NCBI RefSeq assembly: GCF_000315625.1
Contig: NW_005434581.1
Span: 105,128-169,127 of the forward strand
Reading direction: 5' to 3'
Origin: Guillardia theta CCMP2712
Taxonomy: Eukaryota; Protista; Cryptophyta
DNA: 64,000 bases
Shown here: positions 11,980 through 25,231 of the stretch, piece by piece
Position numbering within the stretch: position 1 is the first letter of the stretch
How the letters are laid out: the number at the start of each line of letters is the position of its first letter
The notes under the pieces: model-generated
What the model was told of the DNA's origin: nothing
Seen by the model: the letters and a program-made list of their open reading frames with translations, nothing else
The model's database searches: none
Made by a program: the position numbers and the translations under genes

Positions 11980-14181
11980 ATGCGCGGGAAACATCTGCTC
12001 GTTCTCTCACTCGTGGCCCTCGTCCTCTTCTTTCCGAGTGTCAACTGTAAGTCCCGTGGCGTGTGAACGTCCGTTGAGCAGTCATATCAGGCAAGAAGAA
12101 GGAGAAGAAGGCCAAGGCTGCCGTGAGCTTGAGTCCGGCGAAGCTTTCCAAGTGAGACGGTTCCTGTGAGGAGGAGGGGAGGGTGAGGTGGTCGTGTCGT
12201 CAGATACATCAAATGCGATGGGTGCAAGATCATGGCAGACAACCTGTACAGACACGCTATGGATCTGCTCAAGGTCATGAAGGAGCGAGGTCGCAAGTAG
12301 CTTCCGCTCACAGTGGTTGCAGGAGAAGGGAGGCCGGGAGAAGATGGGAGAGGAGCCGATCCTGGAACTGCTGGAACAGATCTGCGATCAGGTCTGTTGT
12401 CGACGAGGGACGGAAGAGGGAAGGAGCAAAGGAGGGAGGGCGAGGGAGAGAGGGTAGGGAATGGGGAAAGGGAGGGAGCAGAGGAGCGAGGGAGGGGAGA
12501 ATTTAAACTTCTGGCTTATATTCACTCGTGGCAGGGGGAGGCGAAGGGCGAGTGGCTCAACGCTTACGATGTGGTTAGTCTCTCACTGCTTGCGTGCGGC
12601 CTCTTCTGATGCTGGTGGGGGGCAGGTTGGGAAGAAAGGAAAGATCTCTCTGCAGAAGCAGGACGGTTTCCAGTCCTGCGGCCCTGAGTGCCATGCGCTT
12701 GTGTCGGTCTGCGAGCAGGTAAAGGAGAGGAGGCAGCTGGCAGGATCATGGATGATTGAAGGAGAGGACGAGAAGAGGAGGGGAGGAGGAAGAGGGTGTA
12801 TGGCTCATACAGGTGAAGGTGAGAAGCGAAGCGGGAGAGTCGGACATCGCGGAGAAGATCTACCGAGGACATCACATCGCGTCCGCTGAAGCTTTCTCGG
12901 AGGTGAGCATCAGCTGATGGTGCGTGAGGTGACCAGCTGGTGTAGGCGATCTGTAAGAAGATGACCACGTCCTGCAAGGAGCCGCTGCCGAAGCTCAAGG
13001 TAGAGATAACGGGGAGAGACCGAGGGAGACTGAGTGAGAAGAGAGGGAGCAAGCAAGGATAAGCAGAGATAGGTAGACGAAGGCGAGGCGAGGCGAGGCG
13101 AGGTGAGGCGAGGAGGGCAGGAAGGCGAGGACAAGGGAAAAGGGCGAGCGAGCAGGTTGAGATCGGCCAGTGGGTGATCATGACGAGTATGAGGTAGGAT
13201 CCGCGAATCGACGAGCCTTTCAATGCCATCGACTCCAAGAAGGTGAGGGAGGGAGCGGGTGCGTCTGTCCCATGGGTTGACCTCCTTGCAGTGGGAGGCG
13301 ATGAAGATGCAGAAGATGATGAAGGTGAGGGAGGAGGAGGCAGAGTCTGAGCTCCTTCGTTCCTTACCTTGTCTCCTCACAGGGAATGGGCATGAAGGGA
13401 ACCATGTACGACCGGGACTCACTCAAGGTCTGAGGAGGCGGAGCGTCCGACAGAGTTGCTGATCAGCAGCGGGCAGGACATGATGGAGGAGAATGGGATG
13501 GACATGCCTCCTCCTAAAGGTGAAACTGCCGCAACTGTCCACTGATTGGCCCCGCATGATCCCATGCGGCAGAAGCTGACGACGAGGAAGAGGATGAGGA
13601 GGAGGACGAGCAGCCCAAGAAAGAGAAGAAGAAGGCTCCAAAGAAGCAGCCGAACGGGTAATGGAGGAAGGGATTGGAAACTTTGACGTACCTGACTATC
13701 CTGGCAGAGTTGTCGAGCAGGTGTTGGACGGCGTCTACACCGTCCTTGACACCATGTCGGAGGTGGCATCCTCCTCCCCCTTCCCTCGCCATGCCCTGCC
13801 CTCCACCACCACACCACCACAACCTCCACCCCCTCCTGCTCTACGTTCCTCCTCCTCCTTGGACCCTCCATCCTTCACGCACTCTCTCGGCTTATGGCTT
13901 GTATGTATTGCTTGCACTTACTGTTCTACCTGCAGTGGGCTGACACCCTAACGGGCTACGCCATCGACTCCGTGAAGCAGGTGAGGGCGAGGCGAGAGGA
14001 CGGAATACAGGAAGGCGCAGACAGACAGTGGAAGAGGGGGGATGGGAGGAGGTGGCGGCGGCGGTGGTTGTGGACGAGGAGGAGGAGGTAGTAGCATGTA
14101 ATGAGACTTTCCTCTCAGGTGATGGGCGTTTCTTCATCACCGGACAAGCACGACATGGACATGGAGGATGCTGAGCTGTAA
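11980..14181 (+). CDS. Canopy/saposin-B-like (DUF3456-type) ER lumen protein
   Basis: Signal peptide MRGKHLLVLSLVALVLFFPSVNC; saposin-like Cys pattern IKCDGCKIMA, ILELLEQICD, CGPECHALVSVCEQ, ICKKMTTSC; acidic/basic tail ending MEDAEL* (KDEL-like retention signal). Confidence 0.7.
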
Positions 14182-15419
14182 CCCCATGAATGATTTTGGT
14201 CTCCTTCGTGCCTTCTCCCGCCTCCTCCAACCCTTAGCTCGCATCAACCACCAATTGCTCCTCTTCCCTGCGCATTCCCAAGCTATCCCAGCCCCGACTG
14301 ACCTTCATTTGAATTCCCCATCCTCCGTCCGCCGTTGTTCTCGACTTGCGAATCGTCACTCCTTTCTATTCGTTGAACGGGAAGGCGAGCAGTAGGGGTC
14401 GTCGTCGTTATCGTTGTCTTCATCTCCCTCTCCTCATCTTGCCTGTCATGTTAGTCGTTCCTCTCATATCATGCTCTACCTTCAGACCTCTTCATATACT
14501 TCGGTCGAGTCTCCCGTCCTCCGCCCCCCAAACTCCATCGTCAGTTTTGTCCCCCGAAGGAATGACCACCCCTACTTTAATGGTTCAATATACCGGTAGT
14601 GGAATGCTTCCTACTTTACTCGGTTTCCGGACTACCCCCTACGCCTCCCTACGCTACTACCCCTTGAAAAGGTGTACAAGGGTGATTTTTATTTTTTTTT
14701 ATTAGTTGGGGCACCAGAGGGGTGGGTGGGTCAAGGGGTACTGACAGTTGTGGTGGGGGGTGAGGAAATGGAAGAACTCGTAGGAGGGGGTGGGGAGGGA
14801 TAGTCACGTCAAGGCTAGGCTTCAGACCGGGTACATTTTCCCTGAAAAATGGATACAAACCAGGGGTAGTACAAAATGCCTGGAATAGGGTAGGGTCATG
14901 TTTGCCTTGCGGGTGGTTTTTATCTACTAAAGACCCTTGTGTCTGGAGTCACCTCATAGGTGCAAAAAAATCCAGGGGGTAGGGGGTAGAACCCTACCCC
15001 TGAATTGCCATTAAAATTATCTTCTAGTGTGGGGTGATTTTCGTTTGAGTAAAGGGGTAGGCGGATGAATTTACTAGGTAGGGTTGCCACGAGTGAGTGG
15101 GTGGGGGGTAGGGTGGGGGTTGCATTGCAAGGACATGGGAGGAAGCGAGGAAATGGAACAGGACAGGTCGGATGGGAGACGAGGACGAGGACGAGGATAA
15201 AGAGGAGGAAGCGGACGATGAAGAGCGGAGAAGAGGAAGGGAGAAGAGCGAAGAAAGAGCGAGAAGAGGAGAGGGAACGAGAAACTTGAGAGAATTAGGT
15301 TGGTGAAGCAGAGGAAGGGGAAAGTGAAAAAAACAGGAGAGAGCGCGAGGGAACGGAAGATAAGGATGATAGGAGGATACTTCACGTTGGAGGATGAAGA
15401 GGATAATGAGGACGAGGGA

Positions 15420-18400
15420 ATGGAATCGCCGAGCACAGTAGATGCAGCGGGAGGATCCGACGAAAGGCAGGGGACGATTGCATCTACTGATCTGCTCAAA
15501 GGATCGGGATGAGGTAGGATGAGGAACGATGAATGGAAGCCGATGCTCAAAGCACACGATTGGTTGCTCGTTAGTTTCATGACGGACAAATGCATGCTAT
15601 GCGACGCCTTCACCGAGTTTGAACTCCATCTCAACCTGTAGAATGATTGTGTAGCATAGTACAGCCAGGGACAGGGAAGGCAAAGAAATTCGTCTCGTCT
15701 GACCCACTCCAATCCGCTCTATATGATTATCTTGACTGATATTTGTGGGCAAGGTGGAAAGGGCAACAATTCGATTCGAATAGACGAGGAGGGAGGAGGG
15801 CAAATGTCGGAGAAGGAAGGGAAGACATGACAGGAGTATGCCAGTGGATACAAGAAGAATGCTTGAATTCGCTGCTTGACTTGGTTGCGGGAAGTCGGCG
15901 ACAAAGAATCTGATGATGGAGCTGGTGAGGATCCTCTCTTCCACAAGATAGATGTCAAGTGAGCTTGCTTCAGGTGCGAGATGCTATTCGCCGCCTGCGA
16001 TTGGGCTTCCTCCAGACCCTCTTCATCAAGGTGACTTCGATTGCTCCCCCTTGCTCCTGCAGGCTTGTGAGCTCTTGCATGCAGTGGTTCGGTCTGGTAA
16101 GCTACTCGGGGGATGAGAACGGGAAGGAGGTGGGGAATTCGCCGGAAGAACCAACGGAGAACTCAATTCTCAAGGAGAATTTGGCTGTAAGTTTGTTTGA
16201 GAGGAAGCTTGCGATGCATGCTAAATGGCTGTTTCAGGATCTGCGAGCTGAGAATGCAAAGCTCAAACTCAAGGTGGACAAACTCGCGAGGATCGTGACG
16301 ATGAGGAGGATGAGCGAGAACGATTCGCAAACTGTCAATCAGGATCAGCTTCTGGCCCTCGCCAGGAACGCCATGGTAGGACAAGCTTGCTATGGCTGAG
16401 ACGTGCGCTGAGAGTCGAGCAGGCGCGGGAGCGGGAGGATGCGACTCTGCACAAGCTTGTCGATACGATCGTTCAGTCAGCGTATCATCTCCTCATGGTC
16501 TGCTGCTTGACTGGTAGCCGCGGAGGATAACAGCTCTGCAGGCCCAGCGGATCTCTGTGTTTGTACAGGATGACGTGAACCAGGTGAGACCGAGGCGATA
16601 GTTCACCCCCTGACCAGCTGCAGGAGCTCTGGCTGGCTGCCTCCGATGATGCGGTCGGGCTGCGGATCCCCAACAACAAGGGCGTGGCTGGCATGGTGAG
16701 CTTGTCCAGCCCTCGTCCGCACCTGATGAGTTCCCCTCAGGTCGCACGGACGATGCAACCCATCAACATCCCCGACTGCCAGGTGCAGCTCCTGCTGCGC
16801 TCCTCTCCTCCCTCCTCACGATCCGTCCAGCAATCTTCGCTCTTCGACCCTGCAGCTGACCAGATGACCGGGTAAGCCTCGTCCTCCTTCAAATCGCGCC
16901 GGTGACTTGGGAGGATTCGCTCCAGGTTTGTGACGAAGACGATGATCTGTGTTCCCATCACGTGGAACGGGTATTACCTCATCGGAGTTTTCCAAGCTTT
17001 GAACAAGCAAGACAATGTGAGGAGGAGGGGAAACAGGCAGAGGGCCAGGGAAGGCGAGGGAGGCAGAACGAGGGATGGGGGGCTGGGAGGGCCAGGGAGA
17101 GGACAGGAGGGCGTACAAGCTGGACTGGCAGCACTGAGAGTAGGCGAGCAGGAGGGAAACATTATCCCGTTCACCGAGTACGACATGGATATGCTGAACA
17201 TCCTCTCGAAGGTCGCTGCAACTCGCTCCTACCTCCTCCGGTGACATCCAGGTGGGCAGGAGCTGGCGGGTGGGCTGAGGAGGAAGGCAGTGGAGTTCAC
17301 ATTCGATCGTGTGCTGGGTGAGGCTCGTGGAGATGAGGAGGCGAGCGATCATCGCTGAGCAGGACGAGCGGCATCCTCCCTGTCGGAGGAAGACAAACGC
17401 CAGGCCTCCTTCTTGCAGAGTTTCTACCAGTCTCCTTCCCGTGTGTGAGTGACGTGGTGGTGGTGGAGGAGGAGGAGGAGGAGGAGAAGTGAGGACCCTG
17501 ACTGGGCGCAGGGACATGCGCCGGGGATCCTCTACAGAGACGGAGAAGGTCAAGGAAAGCATCACGAGTAAGGCCGAGCATACATTCGACCTCCACATCT
17601 CCTTTCCCTCCTCCTCCTCCTCCTCTCCCCCCCCCTCCTCCTCTCAGACAAGGAACGGGAAGAGGACGAGCAACACGCCAGAACCCCAGGATGGAACCGC
17701 TTCTCGCCGATGAGCAGGAGGCNNNNNNNNNNNNNNNNNNNNNNNNNNNNNNNNNNNNNNNNNNNNNNNNNNNNNNNNNNNNNNNNNNNNNNNNNNNNNN
17801 NNNNNNNNNNNNNNNNNNNNNNAAGTATGACCATTAAACTAGGTGCCATGGAGGGGGCAGACAGCCCCCCGGGCAGCCTAATAATCCAGATCGGGTCCGG
17901 TGCGCAAAATATTATGTCCCTCCTCCCTCCTCCCTCCTCCCCCCCCCCTCCCCCCCTTGCCTTCTTCCGCTCCCTTGCCCCTCCTCTGCGTGCTCGTCAT
18001 GCTGTCCTTGCCTCGGGACAGCTCTCCTCTCTTGCCTCGTCTTGCATGAGTCTCGCCTGCAGAAAACCGTCGCAGATCAACCGTCTTCTGCGTGCCTGAG
18101 GGCTTTCAGGTGAAGCCCCTGACGCGTTGGTCGAGCATGTGAGAACGCCTGCAGTTGACGCAGACAGGAGCGTTGGCGTCGGAGCTCTCATGGGTGAGTT
18201 GGAGATGGAAGAGAGGGATGATAAGCAAGAGAGTCAGAGAGCAACAGTGGGAAGGACTGGACGGGAGGGGCAGGGGCAAGAACAGGAGTAGGATGAAGGG
18301 GGCGAGAGAGGCTGAGAGGGGAATGGATTGTTTGGTCTTATCATGGGAGCAGGACTTCAACGTTTGGGACAGGACCGAGGACCAGCTCGTCGTCTATGCG

Positions 18401-20906
18401 GTGGACATCTACAAGGTCTTACGAAGTTTCTCAGCTGCGCTCTCCTCCTCCCGTTCTCCATCTGCTTCCCTCCTCCCCGTCGTCCTCCAACTCAGCTCAC
18501 CCACGTCCCCAGTCTTCGGGTCTTTCCGATCACTTCAACATCAAGGACGACGTGCTTCTCCATTTCATCCTCGATGTGAAAAGGTGAAGCTAATCTCTCA
18601 AGTAGACTCTCCTCTCGCTCCCTCCTCCTCCCCCCCCCTTTCCCTCATTTCCACTCGATCCTCCCCCCCCCTCCTTCCCAAGTTCCATCCTGTGCCTTCT
18701 GATCCTCTTCCTACAGACAGTACAATCACTGCCCGTTCCACAACTTCCGACATGCATTCGCGGTCATGCAGGTATGCCGCCTGCTCCCGTCCTTCCTCCT
18801 TCCACCTGCTTCTCCTATTCATACGTTTCTCTCGATTCAATGGCAGACGCTCTACGTTGTGTTGCGGGACACAGCAGTGACAGACTACTTGACGGTGAGG
18901 AAGAGACTAGGTGGAGGGGGAAGAGGAGGCCTTGAAGAGTGGAGAAGAGTGGGGAGAGGTGTCAGAGGAGGAGGGGGATTGAGGAGGAAGAGAGAAGATG
19001 AGGGAGGGGGTTGCAGAGAGCAGAGGAGGAAGAGGAGAGAGGAGGCTGACCGTCGTTTAGGATATTGACAAGCTCGCGCTTATCACCGCGTCACTCTGCC
19101 ATGACGTCGACCACCCTGGGGTAAGCGAGACCTTCTGAGGAGGAGCTGTGAAAGGAAGGGAGGGGAGGACGATGAAAAAGAGGAGAAATTATGTGCTTAT
19201 CGGATGAGCAGGTAACCAACGACCTACTCGTCAAGACGGAGTCTGACCTCGCGCTCCTCTATAACGACTGCAGGTGAATTTACTTCCTCTTTCTCTGCCT
19301 CCTATCCCTCTTCCTGATTCTACCGGCTCCTCGTCGTTTTTACTCTTGATTGACTGCACGTCCTGCTGCGCTTCTCCCTCCTGTCTTACTGTACTTCTTC
19401 CTTCCGCTTCACTTCGCCTCCTCCTCCTCCTCCTCCTCCTCCTCCTCCTCCTCCTCCTCCTCCTCCTCCTCCTCCTCCTCCTCCTCCTCCTCCTCCTCCT
19501 CCTCCTCTCGCTCTCCTGACCATTTTCTCCTCCTCGTTGCCATGCTAACTTACATACCTCTTTTCTTTCAGCGTGCTTGAGAATCACCATTGTACCACCA
19601 CCTTCAAGGTTCCCTATCGATGCCATCTCCATCCTTCCTTCCTCTCTGTCCTCTCCGTGTCCTGGTCCTCCCCGTCTTGCGATGCCCCCTCCTCCTCCTC
19701 CTCCTTCTCCTCCTCCTCCTCAGGTCTGCAAGTGATCTCAGTCTGGCAGATCCTTCGGCGACCTCAAAGTAACATCCTTGCCAGCCTCGACAAGGAAGAC
19801 TTTGCGCAGGTGAAAAAGAGAATGAGGATGGAGGATGGGGCGCGGGATACGGTCAGGAACTAAAGAGAAGAACGAGAAAGCATTAGCGTAAGGATGAGGA
19901 GGAAGAGGAAAGGGAGAGAAAATGGATGAGGAGGAAGGTATGGTGGAGGGAAGGTGGTCTGATCGAATTTTCACAGGTGCGAAAGGCAATCATCACAGCG
20001 ATTCTAGCAACGGACATGAAAAAGTCTCCCTCCCCTCCCCTCCTCTTCTGCCTTTCCTCTCCATTCTCCCCCTCCCTTCCTCAGCTTTCAACAGCATTAA
20101 TGACTCCTGCAGGCACGTCGAGCTCTGCGGGAGGATGAGGATGATAGTGGAAGGGAAGAATACCGATGGTGAGGAGACGGAGGCATGGAGGAGGGGAGAG
20201 AGGAGACGATTGTAAGTTAACAAGCTGCTGGTACTTAAGGACAACTCCCTTTGGACGTGGACAACGAAGATGATAGAATGGTAGCGTCCTGCAGCCTTCA
20301 CTCCTCTTCTCCCCTCTCCCCTCCTCCCGCATCTCCTTCTCTTGATCGATCCTTTCTTACACTCCACAGAAACTGATGGAGATCGTTTTGCACGCCTGCG
20401 ATTTGAGGTTTGCTAGCCCTACTCTTTCGTTCCCCTTCCTTCTCATCTACTACTTGTCCTCTCGTCCGTTCTTCTCCAATCCTCCTCTTTCCGCCATCGC
20501 CCTCCCTCCCCCCCCTCTCTTCTCCTCGCTGCTTCTGCCCCCAGTGCTCTTCGTCTGTGAGAGGAAACAGTGCTCAGGCGCAGAACCATGGCTTGGCGGA
20601 AGCTTGGGGGAATCGTGTGCTGCAAGAATTTCAAGAACAGGCAAGAAAGAAATACAGAGAGGAGGAGCAAGGAGAGGAGAGAGTAGGAGGAGGAAGAAGT
20701 AGGGGAAGATAAGGAGAGGGAGAAGTGGGAGAAGTGGATATGGCTGAGTCTGACGGCATCTCAGGCGGCGAGCGAGGAGGCAGCAGGGGTGGCGGTCACG
20801 CCCTTTATGCAGGAGCTCGATGTGCCATTCAACCGAGCTAAGACACAGCAGAACTTCGTGGGATATGTGGTGAGGGAGAGGCGGATAAGATTTGAGGAGG
20901 AGCAGG

Positions 20907-20943
<37 letters not shown>

Positions 20944-21297
20944 AGTGGAGGTGGAGGTGGAGGAGGGTGAAGGGGGAGAAGGAAGGGAGAGGGAAGGGGA
21001 GAGGAGGGAGGAGACGAAGAGTATGAGACAACTTCAGGTGATGCCCCTCTGGGAGTCGTTTGCGGAGATGTTCCCTCAGATGGTGAGGAGGTGGTGGGGC
21101 AGAGGGAGACGCTGACGGCAAGAGCAGGAGGTCGCGTATAAAAACAGCAAGAAGAACTTCGATCGCTACAAGTACGCTCGTTTCCTGCTACACTCCCATC
21201 TGCTCTTTGAGACGCTTCCCTCCCTTTCTCTTCTCTCGCTTCTCTCATAACACTGGACAGGTCGGAAGTGCAGCGCTTGCAGGAGAAGGAAGCTTGA
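15420..21297 (+). CDS. GAF domain-containing class I 3',5'-cyclic nucleotide phosphodiesterase; very intron-rich, start uncertain
   Basis: GAF exons ELWLAASDDAVGLRIPNNKGVAGM/VARTMQPINIPD, FDPAADQMTG/FVTKTMICVPI..IGVFQALNK; PDEase_I motifs PFHNFRHAFAVMQ, ASLCHDVDHPG, LALLYND/SVLENHH, ILATDM, LHACDLS, EFQEQ, AKTQQNFVGYV/VMPLW; stop TGA at 21295-21297. Confidence 0.93.
19417..19507. repeat. (CTC)n microsatellite in a PDE intron
   Basis: Pure cct run. Confidence 0.95.
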
Positions 21298-21416
21298 GGA
21301 CCGACACGGAGGAGACGGCGAGCGACACGGAAGGGAGAGCACTGGGATGGCCTCAGGCACAAGGGAGGATTAGCAGCGGAGGGAAGGGAGGAGGGAGGAG
21401 GGAGAATGCTGCTTTT

Positions 21417-22790
21417 CTAGTGTTCAGAAACTTCCTTGGCGAACGTCATCTTTTGCACGAGGTCCTCGAATATGTCGTATGTCATCACCTGCTCAGGAGT
21501 GAGAGGCCCCACAGCTCCTCCTCCTCTCCTCTCCCCACAGCTCCTCCTCCCCTCCTCTCCCCACAGCTCCTCCTCTCCTCTCCCCATAGCTCCTCCTCTC
21601 CTCTCCCCATAGCTCCTTCCCTCCTCTTCCCACAGCTCCTCCTCTCCTCACATGATGTGAGCCCATCATCTTCTTCACTTCCTGCTTCGTCGTCTGCACC
21701 CCGATGCTCAACCTGCACCACGTGAGCTGACCAACGGGGGAGCCTCCTCCCCTCACAGCGCATGGTACAGCTCCTCCTCGTCGATGCTCCCGTTCTTGTC
21801 GTTGTCGAAGTTGTCGAACACTGACCGTACTCGCTCTGTGCGCTGGTCAGGAACAAGGAGCAGCGATCGTGAGGAGAGGAAGGGGAAGAGCTGGTACGAG
21901 ACGGAGAGGGTGGGGATGGGACGGAGTACACACCTGCGAAGTTCTGGACTGTCAGACCGTCCCCGAGCTCACCCAGCAGCGCTCCTCTAGCTTTCTTCCA
22001 GTGCTGCAGCTCGTGCGTCATGTGCTCCATCTCTTTGCCTCTTTCCCATCCCAGCCAGGATCGGATCGCCACCACCAAGATCAGCTTCACCATGTCCACC
22101 TCTCCGAACACCGTCTCGATCACGTCCGCTCCCACCATGAAGTCCATCCCAAGCATGATGCCCCGGCTGAGCTGCATGCGGCATGTCAAGATGCTCTCCT
22201 GCGCGGTGGCGCTGAGGGAGTGGAGGAAGAAGCCGGGGAGAATGTCGCGGATCACTGGGATGATGACGCCCATGGTCGAGAAGACCATGATGGCGACGCC
22301 GATGATGTTCAGCAGGTCGACAACAACATGGAAGATGGGTATGCTGTAGGCTGAGAGGCTCATGTGATGGTGATGGTGATGTCCTCCGTGGTGAGCATGC
22401 GACGAGCTCATGACTCCGCCATTGTGCGAGGGAGCGCTACAGGAGTTGGAGCTTCGCTGCATCTCGTTACGCAGCTGCTCGACTTGGCTGAGGACATCTA
22501 CCATCATCTGTTGAAGCTTGCCTGCCAGAAACGTGGTGAAAACATGTCAGCACTGGGTCGGCGTACAGAGAAATGGACCTGAACATGTCATGAACATGAT
22601 GGAAAAGTGCGGTAGGTGAGTGGGAAGAGATGCCCTGTCAACCAGAGCAGTCAGACACTGTTGTGGTGTAAATGAGACATCGCCGGAGCAAGATGCTTCA
22701 GAGCACAAGCTCAAACCCTCCTCCCTGATTCGCACTGCTTCCTTTGCTGATCCGGCTGTTCACACCTCCCCTGTTCATCTCCTGCGCCAT
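21417..22790 (-). CDS. DUF1622 membrane domain fused to a His-rich linker and C-terminal EF-hand(s); start uncertain
   Basis: CRMQLSRGIMLGMDFMVGADVIETV..KLILVVAIRSWL matches the DUF1622 pattern (R.xL.RgillGLef.vaADi..Tv..IRt.L); a downstream exon reads VRSVFDNFDNDKNGSIDEEEL (canonical EF loop); last exon VMTYDIFEDLVQKMTFAKEVSEH*. Confidence 0.78.
21508..21650. repeat. Degenerate minisatellite (CCCACAGCTCCTCCTC-type units, about 20-26 bp) in the last intron of the DUF1622 gene
   Basis: About six imperfect tandem copies. Confidence 0.8.
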
Positions 22791-23429
22791 GTCGTCTAAT
22801 CGCCTCTGCTACGAGCTGATGCTTCTTCCTCACCATCGACCCTCCTTGTCTTATGAAGTCTCGCCATCCCTTGCGCCTCCTCCCCCCTCCCTCCCTCCCT
22901 CCCTCCCCCGTCCCTCCCCCGTCGCATCTCTTATCCTGCATGAGCAGGTCCCTTTCTTGTGTGGACCTAGACCACCCCTCCACCCCCAGTATCTCGGTTG
23001 TTAACCTCACCCAAAATCTTTCTACTACCCTACCCCCTAAAAAAACAATAATCAAAAGAAGTCAGATGATCTTTCAAAAATATCCAATTTTCCTCGAATC
23101 AAAAACCCCTATCCCCTTACCTTAGCCATGATAGACCATCCTCAACCCCCTTCTTCAAAATCACTACCCCTCCGGTAAAAAGTGGAACACAGATTGTCCA
23201 CCCTCACCCCTCAATTTCGATACCCCACCATCAGAGTAACCACCACCCCCTTCGATCCACAATGTTGGTGGAAATCACTTTACTACCCCAAATTAATCAG
23301 CTGATATGGGGGGTACTGAAGTCAACATGAAACATACCACCCCTACCCCCGGGGGAGAAGAAGCGACCCCTTGATTGGATCCCGACAAAGTGAAGATGGG
23401 ACATGGAGTAGGAACGAGACCGAAGAAAT

Positions 23430-23742
23430 GGAGGAGGAGGAGGAGGAGGAGGAGGAGGAGGAGGAGGAGGAGGAGGAGGAGGAGGAGGAGGAGGAGGAGG
23501 AGGAGGAGGAGGAGGAGGAGGAGGAGGAGGAGGAGGAGGAGGAGGAAGAGGAGGAGGAGGAGGAGGAGGAGGAGGAGGAGGANNNNNNNNNNNNNNNNNN
23601 NNNNNNNNNNNNNNNNNNNNNNNNNNNNNNNNNNNNNNNNNNNNNNNNNNNNNNNNNNNNNNNNNNNNNNNNNNNNNNNNNNCATTACGCTTACTCTCTA
23701 GATGTTAGGAGGAGGAGGAGGAGGAGGAGGAGGAGGAGGAGG
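23430..23742. repeat. (GAG)n microsatellite flanking the gap at 23583-23682
   Basis: Long gag runs on both sides of the N block. Confidence 0.95.
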
Positions 23743-24808
23743 TGCGTGAGAAGAAGCAGTGAGAACTGAGCAGTTGCTAGGAGAAGAAGCTATCAAGGAT
23801 TAAGAGCATGAGAAGGAGCTACGGCAGGATCTAGGCGAAAAGAAGTAGACACAATAGACATGATTCCTTCCATAAAGGCGATGGAGATGGTACAGTAGTC
23901 GATCACAATGGGCAAGAGAAGTCGTGAGTGTCTTGAAGGCATCAATATTCCTCTTCAGCTCGTCCTAGTACATGGAAAGCCCTCCTCCCCCCCTCCCCTC
24001 TTCATTATCTGTGTCGGAACCATGATAGAAACGAGAAGGTCGGATTGCAGTACTTAGGTGGATCAGAACATGCTGATGGTAGTCGCTGTTTTCAACTTGA
24101 TGAAATCGCCCCATGTCTGCAAGACCCGATGGGTCGAAGATGAGCATGCTGCGAAGGAGAGACAAGACGTCATAGTATGCGCACGTTGCGGGAGAAGTAG
24201 GCAGCTGGGCTCGGAAGGAAGGGCCGGGTTGAGGGCAGCAGCTGAATCAGCCACTCAGTCAGCTCAAAGGGATGAGGCTGGAGGAAGGAATGAGAAGAGC
24301 AGGCAGGGAGGGAGACGGATGTGAGGAGGAACAGGAAGGGCAGAGTTGGCGGACAGTGAGGGCAGTCCGACAGCAAGATCGAGCAAGGGGAGGGTCGCGG
24401 TTGCTCACAGTATGTAGCGCCGGCTGAAGTAGCGCCGGCGATGAGAGTAGGAAGGAGCCTGCCGCGTGCGATCGATGTGGGGGAAGGAGGAAGATGAAGT
24501 TTCAGTTCTCTTGAGAGCTACGTGTTACACGTGCCCAAGTCCGATCCGATGATCCGCAGTACTAGAACTGCTCACTATGGTAATAAAGTAGGCTTCAGAG
24601 GACCTGATTCACATGACACGCGACTGATTCGGAATGTTTCCGATCATCGAGTGTTGTACGGTAAATCCTGCCAATCATTCGAACTCGGAACCAAATTTCC
24701 GACCGGCGGAATTCAACAGTTCTCACTCAGCCAGTGCACGCCGGCCCGGGCCGGCCCGCACCCCCGGCGCGGCAGGATAAGGGTTCATTGTCCTCGTACT
24801 GATTTTTC

Positions 24809-24824
24809 ACTTAACTTTGAGTAA
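24809..24824 (-). promoter_or_regulatory. Recurrent intergenic motif TTACTCAAAGTTAAGT (copy 2)
   Basis: ACTTAACTTTGAGTAA on the + strand, upstream of the dynein gene. Confidence 0.55.
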
Positions 24825-25231
24825 GGGTTCACCGTCACGGTGCCACCTCTACTCTCCTGATTGATCGAAGGCCGCACATCGGGGACTTCTCAGTTTTGAT
24901 CTCTTGAGGGGAACCGGCTCGGGCCGCCGCCGGGCCGGGCGGAGGGGGGAGGGGGGGCGGCAGGGCGGCGGTGGCCCGGCAGCACTATAACTAGAGCCAG
25001 CCGGGCCCTAGTTACAGGGCGGTTATACGGTTACTAACAGTTAGCGGGTAGGGTTTGGGCGCTATGGAAGAGAGAAGATTGCGGGTCATGGCGTCGGAGA
25101 GGAGGAGGGAGGAGGAGGCGAAGGATAGAGAGAAGAAAGCGAGAAGGAAGTAGCTGATAGGTAAGGATGGGAGATACTGAGCCTCGCGCTTGAGTCACAC
25201 ACAGCTGCTCAGGTAGGAGAAGAAATTAACG

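Noticed and set aside
14700-15125. Interstitial telomere or satellite
   Set aside because: The GGGGTA words are dispersed and irregular, not tandem perfect repeats
23790-24420. Possible small minus-strand gene divergent from the dynein
   Set aside because: Some spliceable segments (DELKRNIDAFKTL) but no consistent gene model or recognisable motif
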